Source: an uncultured Atopobium sp. (lineage in GTDB: Bacteria; Actinomycetota; Coriobacteriia; Coriobacteriales; Atopobiaceae). Taken from it: 64,000 nucleotides of DNA. The notes under the pieces are model-generated. The model was not told the DNA's origin. It was given only the letters and a program-made list of their open reading frames with translations, and did no database searches. The DNA is taken from NCBI GenBank assembly GCA_902373375.1, contig CABKMA010000001.1, positions 862 to 64,861 on the forward strand. Direction: 5' to 3'. Shown here in pieces: positions 8,017-17,219 of this stretch. A program made the translations under genes and the position numbers. Position 1 is the first letter of the stretch; each line of letters opens with the position of its first letter.

Positions 8017-10662
8017 CTATGCACCAAGCTTTGTTTTTGCAGCCTCAAGCGCTGCGTCAATTCCTGCAGCATTTGAGCCACCTGCCTGCGCCATTGCTGG
8101 CTTACCGCCGCCACGGCCACCAACAAGCTCTGCAATCTCTTTGACAATATCACCTGCCGAGAAGCCCGCTGCAACCGCAGAATCAGTTGCACCTGCAAGC
8201 AGGGAAACCTTACCGTCAGCTGTTGCGGATGCGATGACGCAAGCGACAGGCTGGCCATCAGATGCATCTCGGATGCCATCCCAAGCAGAGCGAAGCTCTT
8301 TGCCAGAAAGACCCTCAAGCTTTGCAATTACACAGCTATAGCCATTAAGCTGAACGGCAGACTTAAGTGCTTCTGCCACCTGGTTGCTACCTGCACCCGT
8401 AAGAGCAGCTTCAAGTTTGTGATTTGCCGCGCGAAGATCTTGCTGCAGTTGCTCAACACGGTCTGCAACAGCAGAAGGACGAACCTTCAGGGCTGAAGCA
8501 ACCTCGTCAAGCTGAGCCAAACGCTCATCAACATACTCAATAGCGCCCATAGAAGTTACAGCCTCAATACGCCTTGAGTTAGAGCCAACGGAGCTCTCAG
8601 AGATAATCTTGAAAAGGCCAAGGTCTGCAGTATTGCGTGCGTGAGTACCACCGCAAAGCTCGCGGGAGAATGGAGTGTCTTCTGCACCAGCAGAGACAAC
8701 GCGTACGACATCACCGTACTTCTCGCCAAAGAGTGCAACAGCACCAGCAGCCTTTGCGTCTTCAATGCTCATAATCTGTGTGACGACAGGCTTAGCCGCA
8801 AAAATCTCTGCATTTACCATGCCCTCAATGCGATCAAGCTCATCTTTGGTAAGAGCCTCAAAGTGCGTAAAGTCAAAGCGCATACGATCTGGAGCAACAA
8901 GAGAACCAGCCTGATTAACGTGGTCACCCAAAACCTTTTTGAGGGCTGCGTCAAGCAGGTGAGTTGCCGTGTGGTTGCGGCGAATAAGCTCACGACGGCC
9001 AGCATCAATAGTGGCCGTGACAGAATCACCAACAGAGAGCGTACCTTCCTCTACCACGCCAACGTGGGACTCAAGGCCACCGTCACGGTGCTTTGTATCA
9101 GTGACGTGAACGTAAAGGCCAGGAGCTATGAGCTTGCCGGTGTCTCCTACCTGGCCACCCATCTCTGCGTAGAAAGGTGTACGGTCAAGTACAACCTCAA
9201 CCTCAGAGCCAGCAGAAGCGGACTCAACTTCTTGTCCGTTCTGAACAAGAGCAACAACACGAACGCCAGAGAGCTCGTTGTTGTCATAACCATCAAAGAC
9301 GGTCTCGTCAAGGCGGTCAGAAAGTGCAACCCAGATGCTCTGAGCATTGCCCCAGGCATCACGGTTAGCAGACTTACGAGCGCGATCGCGCTGCTCAGTC
9401 ATTGCAGCATCAAACGCGTCCATATCAACAACGTGACCTGCATTTGCAGCAATCTCACGAGTAAGATCAATAGGGAATCCGTAGGTATCATGCAGAAGGA
9501 ATGCAACCTCACCAGAAAGTTGTGCGCCGTCCTCAAGCTGCTCAAGCTCAGCAGTAAGCTTGGACTCGCCTGCATCGAGCGTAGCGCCAAAGCGCTCCTC
9601 TTCTGCTGTTAGAATGCCGTCAATAAGAGCGCTCTTCTCGACAAGCTCTGGATACTCTGCACCAAGCAGAACAGCAACCTCGTGAGCATACTCTGCCATG
9701 AAGGTGCCCTGGATGCCCAACAAGCGACCGTGATAGACAGCGCGACGAAGCAGACGGCGAAGGATGTAGCTTCTACCCTCATTACCAGGAAGAATTCCGT
9801 CACCAATCATAAAGGTAACTGCACGAGAGTGGTCTGCAAGAATACGCAGGCTGCGGTCAATCTCGTCAGTTGAATGATACTTCTTGCCAGAGAGTTTCTC
9901 GCCCAAAGAGATGAGGGTACGCATGATGTCACCCTCATAGTTAGTGCCCTCATGCTGCATGATAGCTGCAATGCGCTCAAGGCCCATGCCAGTATCGATG
10001 TTACGGTGAGGAAGCTCAGGTAAAGAGCCATCTTCCTGACGGTCAAACTGAGTAAAGACGAGGTTCCAGAACTCAAGGTAACGGTCACCATCATCTCCAG
10101 GAGCTTCTCCCTCAAACTCAGGACCCTGGTCAAAGTAAATCTCAGAGCAAGGACCACAAGGACCAGTTGGACCTGCCGCCCAGAAGTTGTCCTCCTCGCC
10201 CAGACGGGTAATGTGATCTTCTGCTACGCCAAGAGACTTCCAGATTTCAATTGCCTCATCATCGTCAGTAAAGACAGTAAAGTACAGACGATCAAGAGGC
10301 AGGCCAAGGTGCTCTGGAGAAGAAATGAACTCCATTGCCCAGGTGCACGCATCGCGCTTGGTGTAACCACCAAAGGAGAAGTTACCCAGCATCTCAAAAA
10401 ATGAGAGATGGCGGGAGTCACCAATGTTGTCAATATCGTTAGTACGCAGGCACTTCTGGCAGGAGGTAGCGCCAATCTCCTTCATGGTCTTGATGCCCTG
10501 GTAATACTCCTTGAACTGGTTCATGCCGGCGTTGGCAAGAAGCAGCGAAGGGTCTGAAGGCACTAGAGACGAGGAAGGATAACGCTTGCAACCCTTGCTC
10601 TCAAAGAAGCTTAGGAAGTCCTCACGAATCTCTGCTGTTGTCATTGTTTTATAGTCAGCCAT
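8017..10662 (-). CDS. alaS: Alanine--tRNA ligase
   Basis: NAGMNQFK, FFEMLGNFSFG, IDTGMGLER, HTATHLL, ELCGGTH, GGRGGG; probable start MADYK. Confidence 0.97.
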   Translation of the reverse strand: MADYKTMTTAEIREDFLSFFESKGCKRYPSSSLVPSDPSLLLANAGMNQFKEYYQGIKTMKEIGATSCQKCLRTNDIDNIGDSRHLSFFEMLGNFSFGGYTKRDACTWAMEFISSPEHLGLPLDRLYFTVFTDDDEAIEIWKSLGVAEDHITRLGEEDNFWAAGPTGPCGPCSEIYFDQGPEFEGEAPGDDGDRYLEFWNLVFTQFDRQEDGSLPELPHRNIDTGMGLERIAAIMQHEGTNYEGDIMRTLISLGEKLSGKKYHSTDEIDRSLRILADHSRAVTFMIGDGILPGNEGRSYILRRLLRRAVYHGRLLGIQGTFMAEYAHEVAVLLGAEYPELVEKSALIDGILTAEEERFGATLDAGESKLTAELEQLEDGAQLSGEVAFLLHDTYGFPIDLTREIAANAGHVVDMDAFDAAMTEQRDRARKSANRDAWGNAQSIWVALSDRLDETVFDGYDNNELSGVRVVALVQNGQEVESASAGSEVEVVLDRTPFYAEMGGQVGDTGKLIAPGLYVHVTDTKHRDGGLESHVGVVEEGTLSVGDSVTATIDAGRRELIRRNHTATHLLDAALKKVLGDHVNQAGSLVAPDRMRFDFTHFEALTKDELDRIEGMVNAEIFAAKPVVTQIMSIEDAKAAGAVALFGEKYGDVVRVVSAGAEDTPFSRELCGGTHARNTADLGLFKIISESSVGSNSRRIEAVTSMGAIEYVDERLAQLDEVASALKVRPSAVADRVEQLQQDLRAANHKLEAALTGAGSNQVAEALKSAVQLNGYSCVIAKLEGLSGKELRSAWDGIRDASDGQPVACVIASATADGKVSLLAGATDSAVAAGFSAGDIVKEIAELVGGRGGGKPAMAQAGGSNAAGIDAALEAAKTKLGA

Positions 10663-10687
10663 AAAGTACTTCTCCGTATTCAAATAA

Positions 10688-12070
10688 CTACTCTTTTGCA
10701 CTGTCTGAGTCTACCGCATCTGACGATGGTTTATCTGGTTTCTTAGTAACTTCTTGAGTATTCCTAAAAAGTAACTGAGAAAAATCATGACCAAGAATCT
10801 TTGGTGCGGGAATTGAAGACTTTCTACGCACATGAGCTGTAGTATCTTGATCAACAAGACGAGAGTCTTCAAAGAACTTTGGATCATCTAAGGCATCATA
10901 TTCTGGCAGAAGAGCGCCTGTCTCATCCACATACTGCGTAGAGTTAAAAAGCGCACCCTTAGGCGAGACAATCTGTCTACCCGAATACTTCTCAAAAAAG
11001 TATACAAATATGCCCCTCAGCGCTGCAGTCATTGGAATTGCGAGGATGGTTCCAACTACTCCACCAAGGGCACTGCCAATAACAATGCCAATGAGCGAAA
11101 GGCCTGGGTGAACTTTGACACTAGTTGCCATAACCAAAGGTGAAAGTACATTATCAACAACGTTTTGTGCAACTACCAAAATAACAATGGTCCACACGGT
11201 CATAACGGGATCTACCAAAATGCTTAAAATAAAAGCAATACCAGCCGAGAAAACCGGTCCGACTACAGGAATAATGTGGAAGATTCCTGTAACCATACCA
11301 ATAAGAGCGGCATACGGATTACCTAAAATCAAACAGCCAAAGTACACAAAAATACCATTCACCGCAGAGGTAATGATGGTGCCACGCATATATCCACTGG
11401 TAGACCTACTTAAAATAGCAAGAATAAGTCTGAACTCATTCTCTTTTTGAGGGCCTGCGATAATAGCAAGTTCACGAACAATAACGGGATAATCTTTAGC
11501 AAGCCAATACGCAAGCACCAGACCTAAGAAAAAGACCATGAGCTGATTTGCCATAGATGAAATGTTACCTAGAGCAGATGTTGAAAGCCAGCTTAAAATT
11601 CCAGAGGCAACTGATATACCAATACTGGATGCGCGCTCAATCACAAGTTCTACAGTCTGTCTTACCGCTGGGTTACTCTGAGAGTCAAAGTTCTGCCAAA
11701 ACTCTCGAGCCATTGCTCCTATTTGACTTGCGTACAGAGGGGCATTTCTTAACAGCGTAGTAAGTTCAGTTACTAATGGCTGAGCAATCAAAATAAAAAA
11801 TCCCACAAGCACAATGAGTGTAAGTACAAGCGCAATTAAAGCAGAAATGCCACGCGGTACTCCCCTGTCTTCAATCCAGTTGGTAATGGGACTACAAACA
11901 AACGCAAAAATAGCGCCAATAGCAAACAACTCCACAGCTTGTCCCAGAATGCCAAGAACATGAAGCGCGAGCGCAAACAGCATAGCTACACCAATAGCTG
12001 TCCACACCATCAAACCGCGTTGCTTCCATCTCAAAACCGAATCGGAAAAGTTTTGATGATTTTGATCCAT
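10688..12070 (-). CDS. AI-2E family transporter
   Basis: Multi-TM, IPVVGP, DNVLSPLVM...VHP, GGVVGTILAIP. Confidence 0.85.
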   Translation of the reverse strand: MDQNHQNFSDSVLRWKQRGLMVWTAIGVAMLFALALHVLGILGQAVELFAIGAIFAFVCSPITNWIEDRGVPRGISALIALVLTLIVLVGFFILIAQPLVTELTTLLRNAPLYASQIGAMAREFWQNFDSQSNPAVRQTVELVIERASSIGISVASGILSWLSTSALGNISSMANQLMVFFLGLVLAYWLAKDYPVIVRELAIIAGPQKENEFRLILAILSRSTSGYMRGTIITSAVNGIFVYFGCLILGNPYAALIGMVTGIFHIIPVVGPVFSAGIAFILSILVDPVMTVWTIVILVVAQNVVDNVLSPLVMATSVKVHPGLSLIGIVIGSALGGVVGTILAIPMTAALRGIFVYFFEKYSGRQIVSPKGALFNSTQYVDETGALLPEYDALDDPKFFEDSRLVDQDTTAHVRRKSSIPAPKILGHDFSQLLFRNTQEVTKKPDKPSSDAVDSDSAKE

Positions 12071-12924
12071 TAACGATTCACACTTTCTGGGTCAATCTTT
12101 TCTTGAATGCGTTTTAAAGTGCGACGAAGCAATCTTGAAACCTGTACCTGAGAGATATTGAGTTTCTCTGCAATCTCTACCTGAGTCAGACCCTCAACAA
12201 AACGCATACGAATAATCTCTTGCTCTCGTGGAGAAAAGTCTCTGATGGCCTCTTCAAGAACAATGCGATCATCTGAACCAGCAAGGTCTTCATCTTCAGT
12301 TACATACTGATCAATGATAGACGGTGCTTCGTCTCCGTCAGCACCTGAGCCGCCTCCCTCAAGAGGAACAGAACTGTAAGCACTTGAGGACTCCATAGCT
12401 TCAAGAACCTCTTCAACATTGGTGCCAAGACGCTGAGCTATCTCTTCAATTGAAGGACTTCTTTGAAGTTCTTTAGTCAAATCATCAGTAACCTGATTAA
12501 TCTTGGATGAAAGCTCCTGCAAACGACGTGGAACTCGTACTGACCAGCCCTTATCACGGAAGTGACGTTTAATTTCTCCCATGATGGTAGGTGTTGCATA
12601 CGTTGTGAATTCAAGACCACGATCAGGCTCAAACCTATCAATTGCTTTGATAAGTCCAATGGTTCCCACCTGAATCAAATCATCAAGAGGTTCTCCACGA
12701 TTTTTAAACTTAGAGGCCAAAAAACGAACGAGGTTTAAGTGACTCACAATAAGCTGATCTCTTACCTCAGAATCTTTTGTTTCTTTATATTGGGCAAAAA
12801 GCTGGCGTGTTCTATCTTTATCCCATGCTGGGGTACCTTTAGAAGCACGACGAGCAGCTCTTCTTGCGGCTTTCTGCTCTTCTGCAGATGCCTGTACTGC
12901 CTCGTTAGCTTCAGATTTAGGCAT
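12070..12924 (-). CDS. SigB/SigF/SigG-family RNA polymerase sigma factor
   Basis: DDLIQVGTIGLIKAIDRF, YATPTIMGEIKRHFRD, region 4 TQVEIAEKLNISQVQVSR. Confidence 0.92.
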   Translation of the reverse strand: MPKSEANEAVQASAEEQKAARRAARRASKGTPAWDKDRTRQLFAQYKETKDSEVRDQLIVSHLNLVRFLASKFKNRGEPLDDLIQVGTIGLIKAIDRFEPDRGLEFTTYATPTIMGEIKRHFRDKGWSVRVPRRLQELSSKINQVTDDLTKELQRSPSIEEIAQRLGTNVEEVLEAMESSSAYSSVPLEGGGSGADGDEAPSIIDQYVTEDEDLAGSDDRIVLEEAIRDFSPREQEIIRMRFVEGLTQVEIAEKLNISQVQVSRLLRRTLKRIQEKIDPESVNR

Positions 12925-13300
12925 GTGCACCGCCAGAAATCTTTACCAGATGTAACGTATAGCCGTCATCGCTAAGCGCAAACTCATCACAAATAGCGGA
13001 GAGTAGTAACTCTACAAGCTCTAGTGGCTGAGAATTATCTGCCTCGGACTCAACTGGATCCTCATCACCCAAGTCAAAATCAATAGCCATAGTATTGTCT
13101 TCGAGGGTAAACGTAATATCTACAGAGTCTTTCTGAGTGCCACAAGCAAAGACAAAACCTTCTTCTGCGGCCATTTTGACATCTTCAAGCTCATCAACAT
13201 TCATCTTGCACAAAACAGCAAGGTTAGCAGCCATCATTCTGACTGAACGAGCAAACGTTGGGTCTGCTGGAGCGGAAAGTTCAACAATTTTTTGTTCCAT
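12917..13300 (-). CDS. RsbW-like anti-sigma factor
   Basis: HATPase_c_2-like layout (ELEDVKMAAEE...LLSAICDE...LHLVK), overlaps start of the SigB-like gene. Confidence 0.7.
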   Translation of the reverse strand: MEQKIVELSAPADPTFARSVRMMAANLAVLCKMNVDELEDVKMAAEEGFVFACGTQKDSVDITFTLEDNTMAIDFDLGDEDPVESEADNSQPLELVELLLSAICDEFALSDDGYTLHLVKISGGAHA

Positions 13301-13306
13301 AATGGC

Positions 13307-13918
13307 TTACTCCTCAGTATTCTGAGAAGACTCAGAACCATACTCGATATAAAACTGCTCAGAATGGGCTGACTTAGAATGCTTTTCCTTGTCATGTGAG
13401 AGCAAAGGAAGTTCCTCAAGATACTCTTGGGCACGTTGTGCACTCTGCTGCGCCGTTGCAGTAGCACCACTCAAGCGAGCCTGAGCTGCCTCAGCAAGCT
13501 TAGAAGGATTCAAAGATCCACCCAAACCAGTTCCCAGCTTTGAAACAGACTCAACAACGCCTGTCATGGCATCAGTTGCAGCTTTGCTGACAGTAGCGGT
13601 AACTGCAGACGCAGCACCAGAAACAGTTGCCACATCACCAAGAACTACGTTGAGGCTCTCAAGAGAGGTATTAGCGTTCTCTGTAGCTTCATCAACCTTC
13701 TGCATAAGTGCAGGTAGCTGCTTAATGGTTGGGTCAAGCTCATCAACCATGCCGTCAATCTTTGAAATAACAGGTTGAATCTGCTCAATAGTATTGTTAG
13801 CTGAGAGTGTAATCTCAGTAATTGACTTTCTTGTTGTTCTTAATGTCAGGGCAACCTCGACAATGGCCCAAACGCCAGCTACGGCTAAGACTACAAGGGC
13901 AATCTGTAGGTAATTCAT
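13307..13918 (-). CDS. Membrane-anchored coiled-coil protein (DUF948-like)
   Basis: N-terminal TM followed by heptad-rich helix. Confidence 0.55.
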   Translation of the reverse strand: MNYLQIALVVLAVAGVWAIVEVALTLRTTRKSITEITLSANNTIEQIQPVISKIDGMVDELDPTIKQLPALMQKVDEATENANTSLESLNVVLGDVATVSGAASAVTATVSKAATDAMTGVVESVSKLGTGLGGSLNPSKLAEAAQARLSGATATAQQSAQRAQEYLEELPLLSHDKEKHSKSAHSEQFYIEYGSESSQNTEE

Positions 13919-14009
13919 CTATGCCATCCCTCAAAGCTAACGGTTACAGTTCTTTTTATTTTACCCGAGGAACGCTTTCTTAATGCTCCCACTTAGGTAA
14001 TTCAAAATC

Positions 14010-15341
14010 CTAGATTTCCTCATGACGATCACGCTCTGTAGCTGCAATTCTCCACGCTTCCCAACCTCTTGGAGATGGCGAGAAGAACGCACCACGTTCA
14101 AGTCCTTCTGGAAGATAGCGCTGTTCAATCCATCCCCCAGGGTAATTGTGAGGATAGAGGTAGTTGCCATACTCCTCAGAACCAGGGCGTGTACGATCCC
14201 TTAAGTAACTTGGAACTTCTCGCCTTGGACCTGTTCTGACCTCATGAAGAGCAGCATCAATACCCGCTTCTGCAGCATTAGATTTTGGAGCAAGCGCCAT
14301 ATAAATAACTGCTTGTGCAAGATTAATTCTGCACTCCGGATATCCAATGACCTCGGCTGACCTAAATGCTGCATGTGCAACGAGTAGCGCCTGTGGATCT
14401 GCGTTGCCAATATCTTCTGAGGCCAAAATCATAATACGACGCGCAATAAATTTAGGGTCTTCACCTGCATCAATCATACGCGCAAGCCAATACAGCGCTG
14501 CATCTGGGTCTGAGCCACGCATTGACTTAATAAACGCGGAGATAATGTCATAGTGCATATCTCCCGCTTTATCGTAGGGAAGTCCTCGACGAGGATTTGC
14601 CTCAAGAACGTTTTGCTTGGTAATAGCAAACGGCTCAGACGCCTTACTATTAGCTGATTCTGGAACATCAACCATCTGAGAAGCAAGCTCAAGCGAGGTT
14701 AGAGCTGCGCGGCCATCTCCGCCTGCAAGCGTCACAATTTCTTTGCGAGCATCTTCTTCCAGGACAAATGCGCCAGCTAGGCCATCCTCTGACTCAAGTG
14801 CTCGCTGAATGAGCTCATCGATTGCCTCATCTGACAATGCATGCAGCTCTACTACACGAGAGCGAGAAATTAGAGCGCTGTTAACCTCAAAGTAAGGGTT
14901 TTCTGTAGTAGCTCCAATAAGTACAACGATTCTGTCTTCTACCGCGTGAAGCAGAGCGTCTTGCTGAGAGCGCGTAAAGCGATGAATCTCATCAATAAAC
15001 AGAATAGTTCTTCTACCTGCTGTTAAAAGCCTTGATTCTGCTGCTTCAATCTCTCTACGAAGATCTTTAACAGTTCCCGTAATTGCAGATACTTCTACAA
15101 ATTCTGCATGCGTTGTATGAGCGATGATACGCGCAAGCGTGGTCTTTCCGGTACCCGCTGGACCGTATAGCAAAACAGATGAAAGTGTGTCATGTTCAAT
15201 GGCTTTACGCAGCCAAGAGCCAGGACCAACCGCATCCTCCTGACCCACGTATCCATCAAGCGTGGTAGGGCGCATGCGAGCTGCAAGTGGCGCATTAGCT
15301 TTTTTGGCGGCACGTTCCATGCCAGAAAATAAAGTATCCAT
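14010..15341 (-). CDS. rarA: Replication-associated recombination protein A (RarA/MgsA)
   Basis: PLAARMRP, GPAGTGKTT, IDEIHRF, GATTENP, SAFIKSMRGSDPDAA, PKSN. Confidence 0.95.
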   Translation of the reverse strand: MDTLFSGMERAAKKANAPLAARMRPTTLDGYVGQEDAVGPGSWLRKAIEHDTLSSVLLYGPAGTGKTTLARIIAHTTHAEFVEVSAITGTVKDLRREIEAAESRLLTAGRRTILFIDEIHRFTRSQQDALLHAVEDRIVVLIGATTENPYFEVNSALISRSRVVELHALSDEAIDELIQRALESEDGLAGAFVLEEDARKEIVTLAGGDGRAALTSLELASQMVDVPESANSKASEPFAITKQNVLEANPRRGLPYDKAGDMHYDIISAFIKSMRGSDPDAALYWLARMIDAGEDPKFIARRIMILASEDIGNADPQALLVAHAAFRSAEVIGYPECRINLAQAVIYMALAPKSNAAEAGIDAALHEVRTGPRREVPSYLRDRTRPGSEEYGNYLYPHNYPGGWIEQRYLPEGLERGAFFSPSPRGWEAWRIAATERDRHEEI

Positions 15342-15353
15342 GCAGCTATTTTA
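15342..15353. repeat. att core, left copy (GCAGCTATTTTA)
   Basis: Identical to 47574-47585; abuts the rarA ATG. Confidence 0.85.
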
Positions 15354-15356
15354 GCA
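15348..15356 (-). promoter_or_regulatory. Extended -10 (TGcTAAAAT) 6 nt upstream of the rarA ATG; probable leaderless promoter
   Basis: Minus strand reads CTGCTAAAATAGCTGC-ATG; no SD present. Confidence 0.6.
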
Positions 15357-15439
15357 GTTTAATTTCTGTATTGTTTATATGCGTATTAAGTGCAGTTTTG
15401 TTGGTGATAAGGTTCAGAAGATACGCGTAAAAATGCTAT

Positions 15440-15458
15440 TTGGGACGCGCTTGGGACA
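15440..15458. repeat. Putative integrase arm-type sites (TTGGGAC x2)
   Basis: TTGGGACG and TTGGGACA match the AATTGGGACG tandem at 47501-47520. Confidence 0.6.
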
Positions 15459-15492
15459 CAAAAATACCCCTCCCACCGAAGTGAGAGGGGTT
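15459..15492 (-). terminator. Terminator downstream of endolysin
   Basis: ACCCCTC/GAGGGGT stem with A-tract on the left. Confidence 0.65.
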
Positions 15493-15497
15493 GTGTG

Positions 15498-16544
15498 TTA
15501 CTTAATTCCAGCGATGTATCCGTCATCGTTAGTGGTTACGGTAATGTCGCCTGTGAGAAGCTTACCGTCCTTATCGAACGCGCAGATATTATCTGCTCCG
15601 ACTTCATACAAGCAATCTTCGACTCGTGAGCCGTCAGAGCGTAGGTAGAACCAGTCATTGTCTAGCTTCAACCAGCCGGTAATCATGCGCCCGGTTTCAT
15701 CAAGATAGTACCACTTATCTCTATCTTTATCTTCCACCCAGCCGGTAGCCATGTGACCATCAGACGCGATCAAATACCAGTTGTTGTTATACTTCAACCA
15801 GTCATCGGAAAAAAGCGAACCGTCTTCATTGAAGTACCACCAAAGCTTCTCGCTGCCTTCCCAGGAAGCGTGTACCCAGCCGGTTAACATCCAACCTTTC
15901 TCGTTGAAGTAATACCACTTATCGCCGACCTTATACCAGCCTACAGCATACTCACTTGCACTCTCGCCCGTCTGGTACCACCAAGAACCCTTGCCGTCGG
16001 TATGCCAGCCAATCTCGGAAGTTGATCGTTTGCCCGTCATGACTTCATACCAGTAACACACACGCTCCATATAGTGAGTACTCTGTGAGCCGGCAAGCTC
16101 GCCAGGACAAGCAGTCGCCACGATTTGTTTGTGTGGACGCACGTTACCGCCCCAACGAGGGTATCCGAGTCCGTACTTAATGAGCAACGCAGCAACAAGA
16201 TGTGCGCCACTCTCTAGGGTAGCTTCGGAAACTGTCCAGGGCGATGTGGAGTTATTCGCGTGCTCAATGGAGATACTCTCGCAATTAGCAACCCAACGAC
16301 CACACGCCCATGCGGTGTTGCTCTCCAATACGTGCTGGGTGATGGTGCCCGTACCATCCACAGAATAGTGCGCAGATTGTGCCTGCATTCTATCCCACAT
16401 GGCAGTAATGGCTGCACCATCCAAGCCTACGGCAGCTTCATGGTGTACCACGATATACTGCACGGAATGACCGTCTCGCCCAGCTGAATATGCCGACGTT
16501 GGAATATACGCATCGGCGGTGATCTGACCTGAAAAATCAGCCAT
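15498..16544 (-). CDS. Endolysin: N-acetylmuramoyl-L-alanine amidase (Amidase_2) with C-terminal cell-wall-binding repeats
   Basis: IVVHH, SAHYSVD, SISIEH, H..ATACPG; repeats of GW....DKWYY...G.M.TGW. Confidence 0.9.
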   Translation of the reverse strand: MADFSGQITADAYIPTSAYSAGRDGHSVQYIVVHHEAAVGLDGAAITAMWDRMQAQSAHYSVDGTGTITQHVLESNTAWACGRWVANCESISIEHANNSTSPWTVSEATLESGAHLVAALLIKYGLGYPRWGGNVRPHKQIVATACPGELAGSQSTHYMERVCYWYEVMTGKRSTSEIGWHTDGKGSWWYQTGESASEYAVGWYKVGDKWYYFNEKGWMLTGWVHASWEGSEKLWWYFNEDGSLFSDDWLKYNNNWYLIASDGHMATGWVEDKDRDKWYYLDETGRMITGWLKLDNDWFYLRSDGSRVEDCLYEVGADNICAFDKDGKLLTGDITVTTNDDGYIAGIK

Positions 16545-16546
16545 TG

Positions 16547-16849
16547 TTATTTCTCCTCGGTGTCTAAAGGGCTTGTGCTTGGTTTTTCGTAAGTCATTGC
16601 ACGTGCAGAGTCACCAATGCCCTTGGTAGTTGGGTCAACAGTCACGCCGATTGCACCCAAAACGGCAACCACGACTGTACCAATCAAATACGGGTTACCG
16701 ACAAACTTAATAAACACATCAGCAAGGCTGCCCCAAGTCGTAAGGTCAGAATAAGCCAATCCGAGATAAGCCAAGATTGGACTCATGACAATTCCAGCCA
16801 TACCCAGCCACCATGCGGGATTGTGTAAACGTACTTTCCAGTTAATCAT
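16547..16849 (-). CDS. Phage holin (phi LC3-like)
   Basis: MINWKVRL.NP.WW...VDPTTKGIGDS.RAMTY signature. Confidence 0.88.
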   Translation of the reverse strand: MINWKVRLHNPAWWLGMAGIVMSPILAYLGLAYSDLTTWGSLADVFIKFVGNPYLIGTVVVAVLGAIGVTVDPTTKGIGDSARAMTYEKPSTSPLDTEEK

Positions 16850-16889
16850 GTTGATTCTCCTTAAACGATTTTTAATTTCCAATAATTAC

Positions 16890-17219
16890 TTAGTGGGTAT
16901 GCGCCTTTTCCAGACGCTCGAGCCTCCCCGCCTGTGTGCGGGTCACATCCTCAACCACAGCTAGACGTGTATCGTGTTGAGCGATCGTATCTTTGACGCT
17001 TGAAATAACTTCATCTGTGCGAGCCATGTAAGCAGCAAATGCTTTCTGGTTGTCTTCAGCGTCTCCCTTGAGCTGCTTAATTCCCTCTTCAATGCGTACA
17101 AGGCGCATGGCGTCTTCATTGCTTGCACGCGTCATAGCACGTGCGCCATTGATAAGGGAAACCATCATGCCAAGGAACGAGACAATAGCGATTATTTGCT
17201 CAAATGTTAGTGGGTTCAT
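16890..17219 (-). CDS. Lysis-cassette membrane protein (N-terminal TM plus coiled coil)
   Basis: Start MNPLTFEQ after AAAGGAGG; located between tail and holin. Confidence 0.6.
   Translation of the reverse strand: MNPLTFEQIIAIVSFLGMMVSLINGARAMTRASNEDAMRLVRIEEGIKQLKGDAEDNQKAFAAYMARTDEVISSVKDTIAQHDTRLAVVEDVTRTQAGRLERLEKAHTH

Noticed and set aside
8641..9612. 323-aa plus-strand ORF and similar long antisense ORFs over the tape measure, copA and kdgT genes
   Set aside because: Shadow frames of well-supported genes, caused by codon bias
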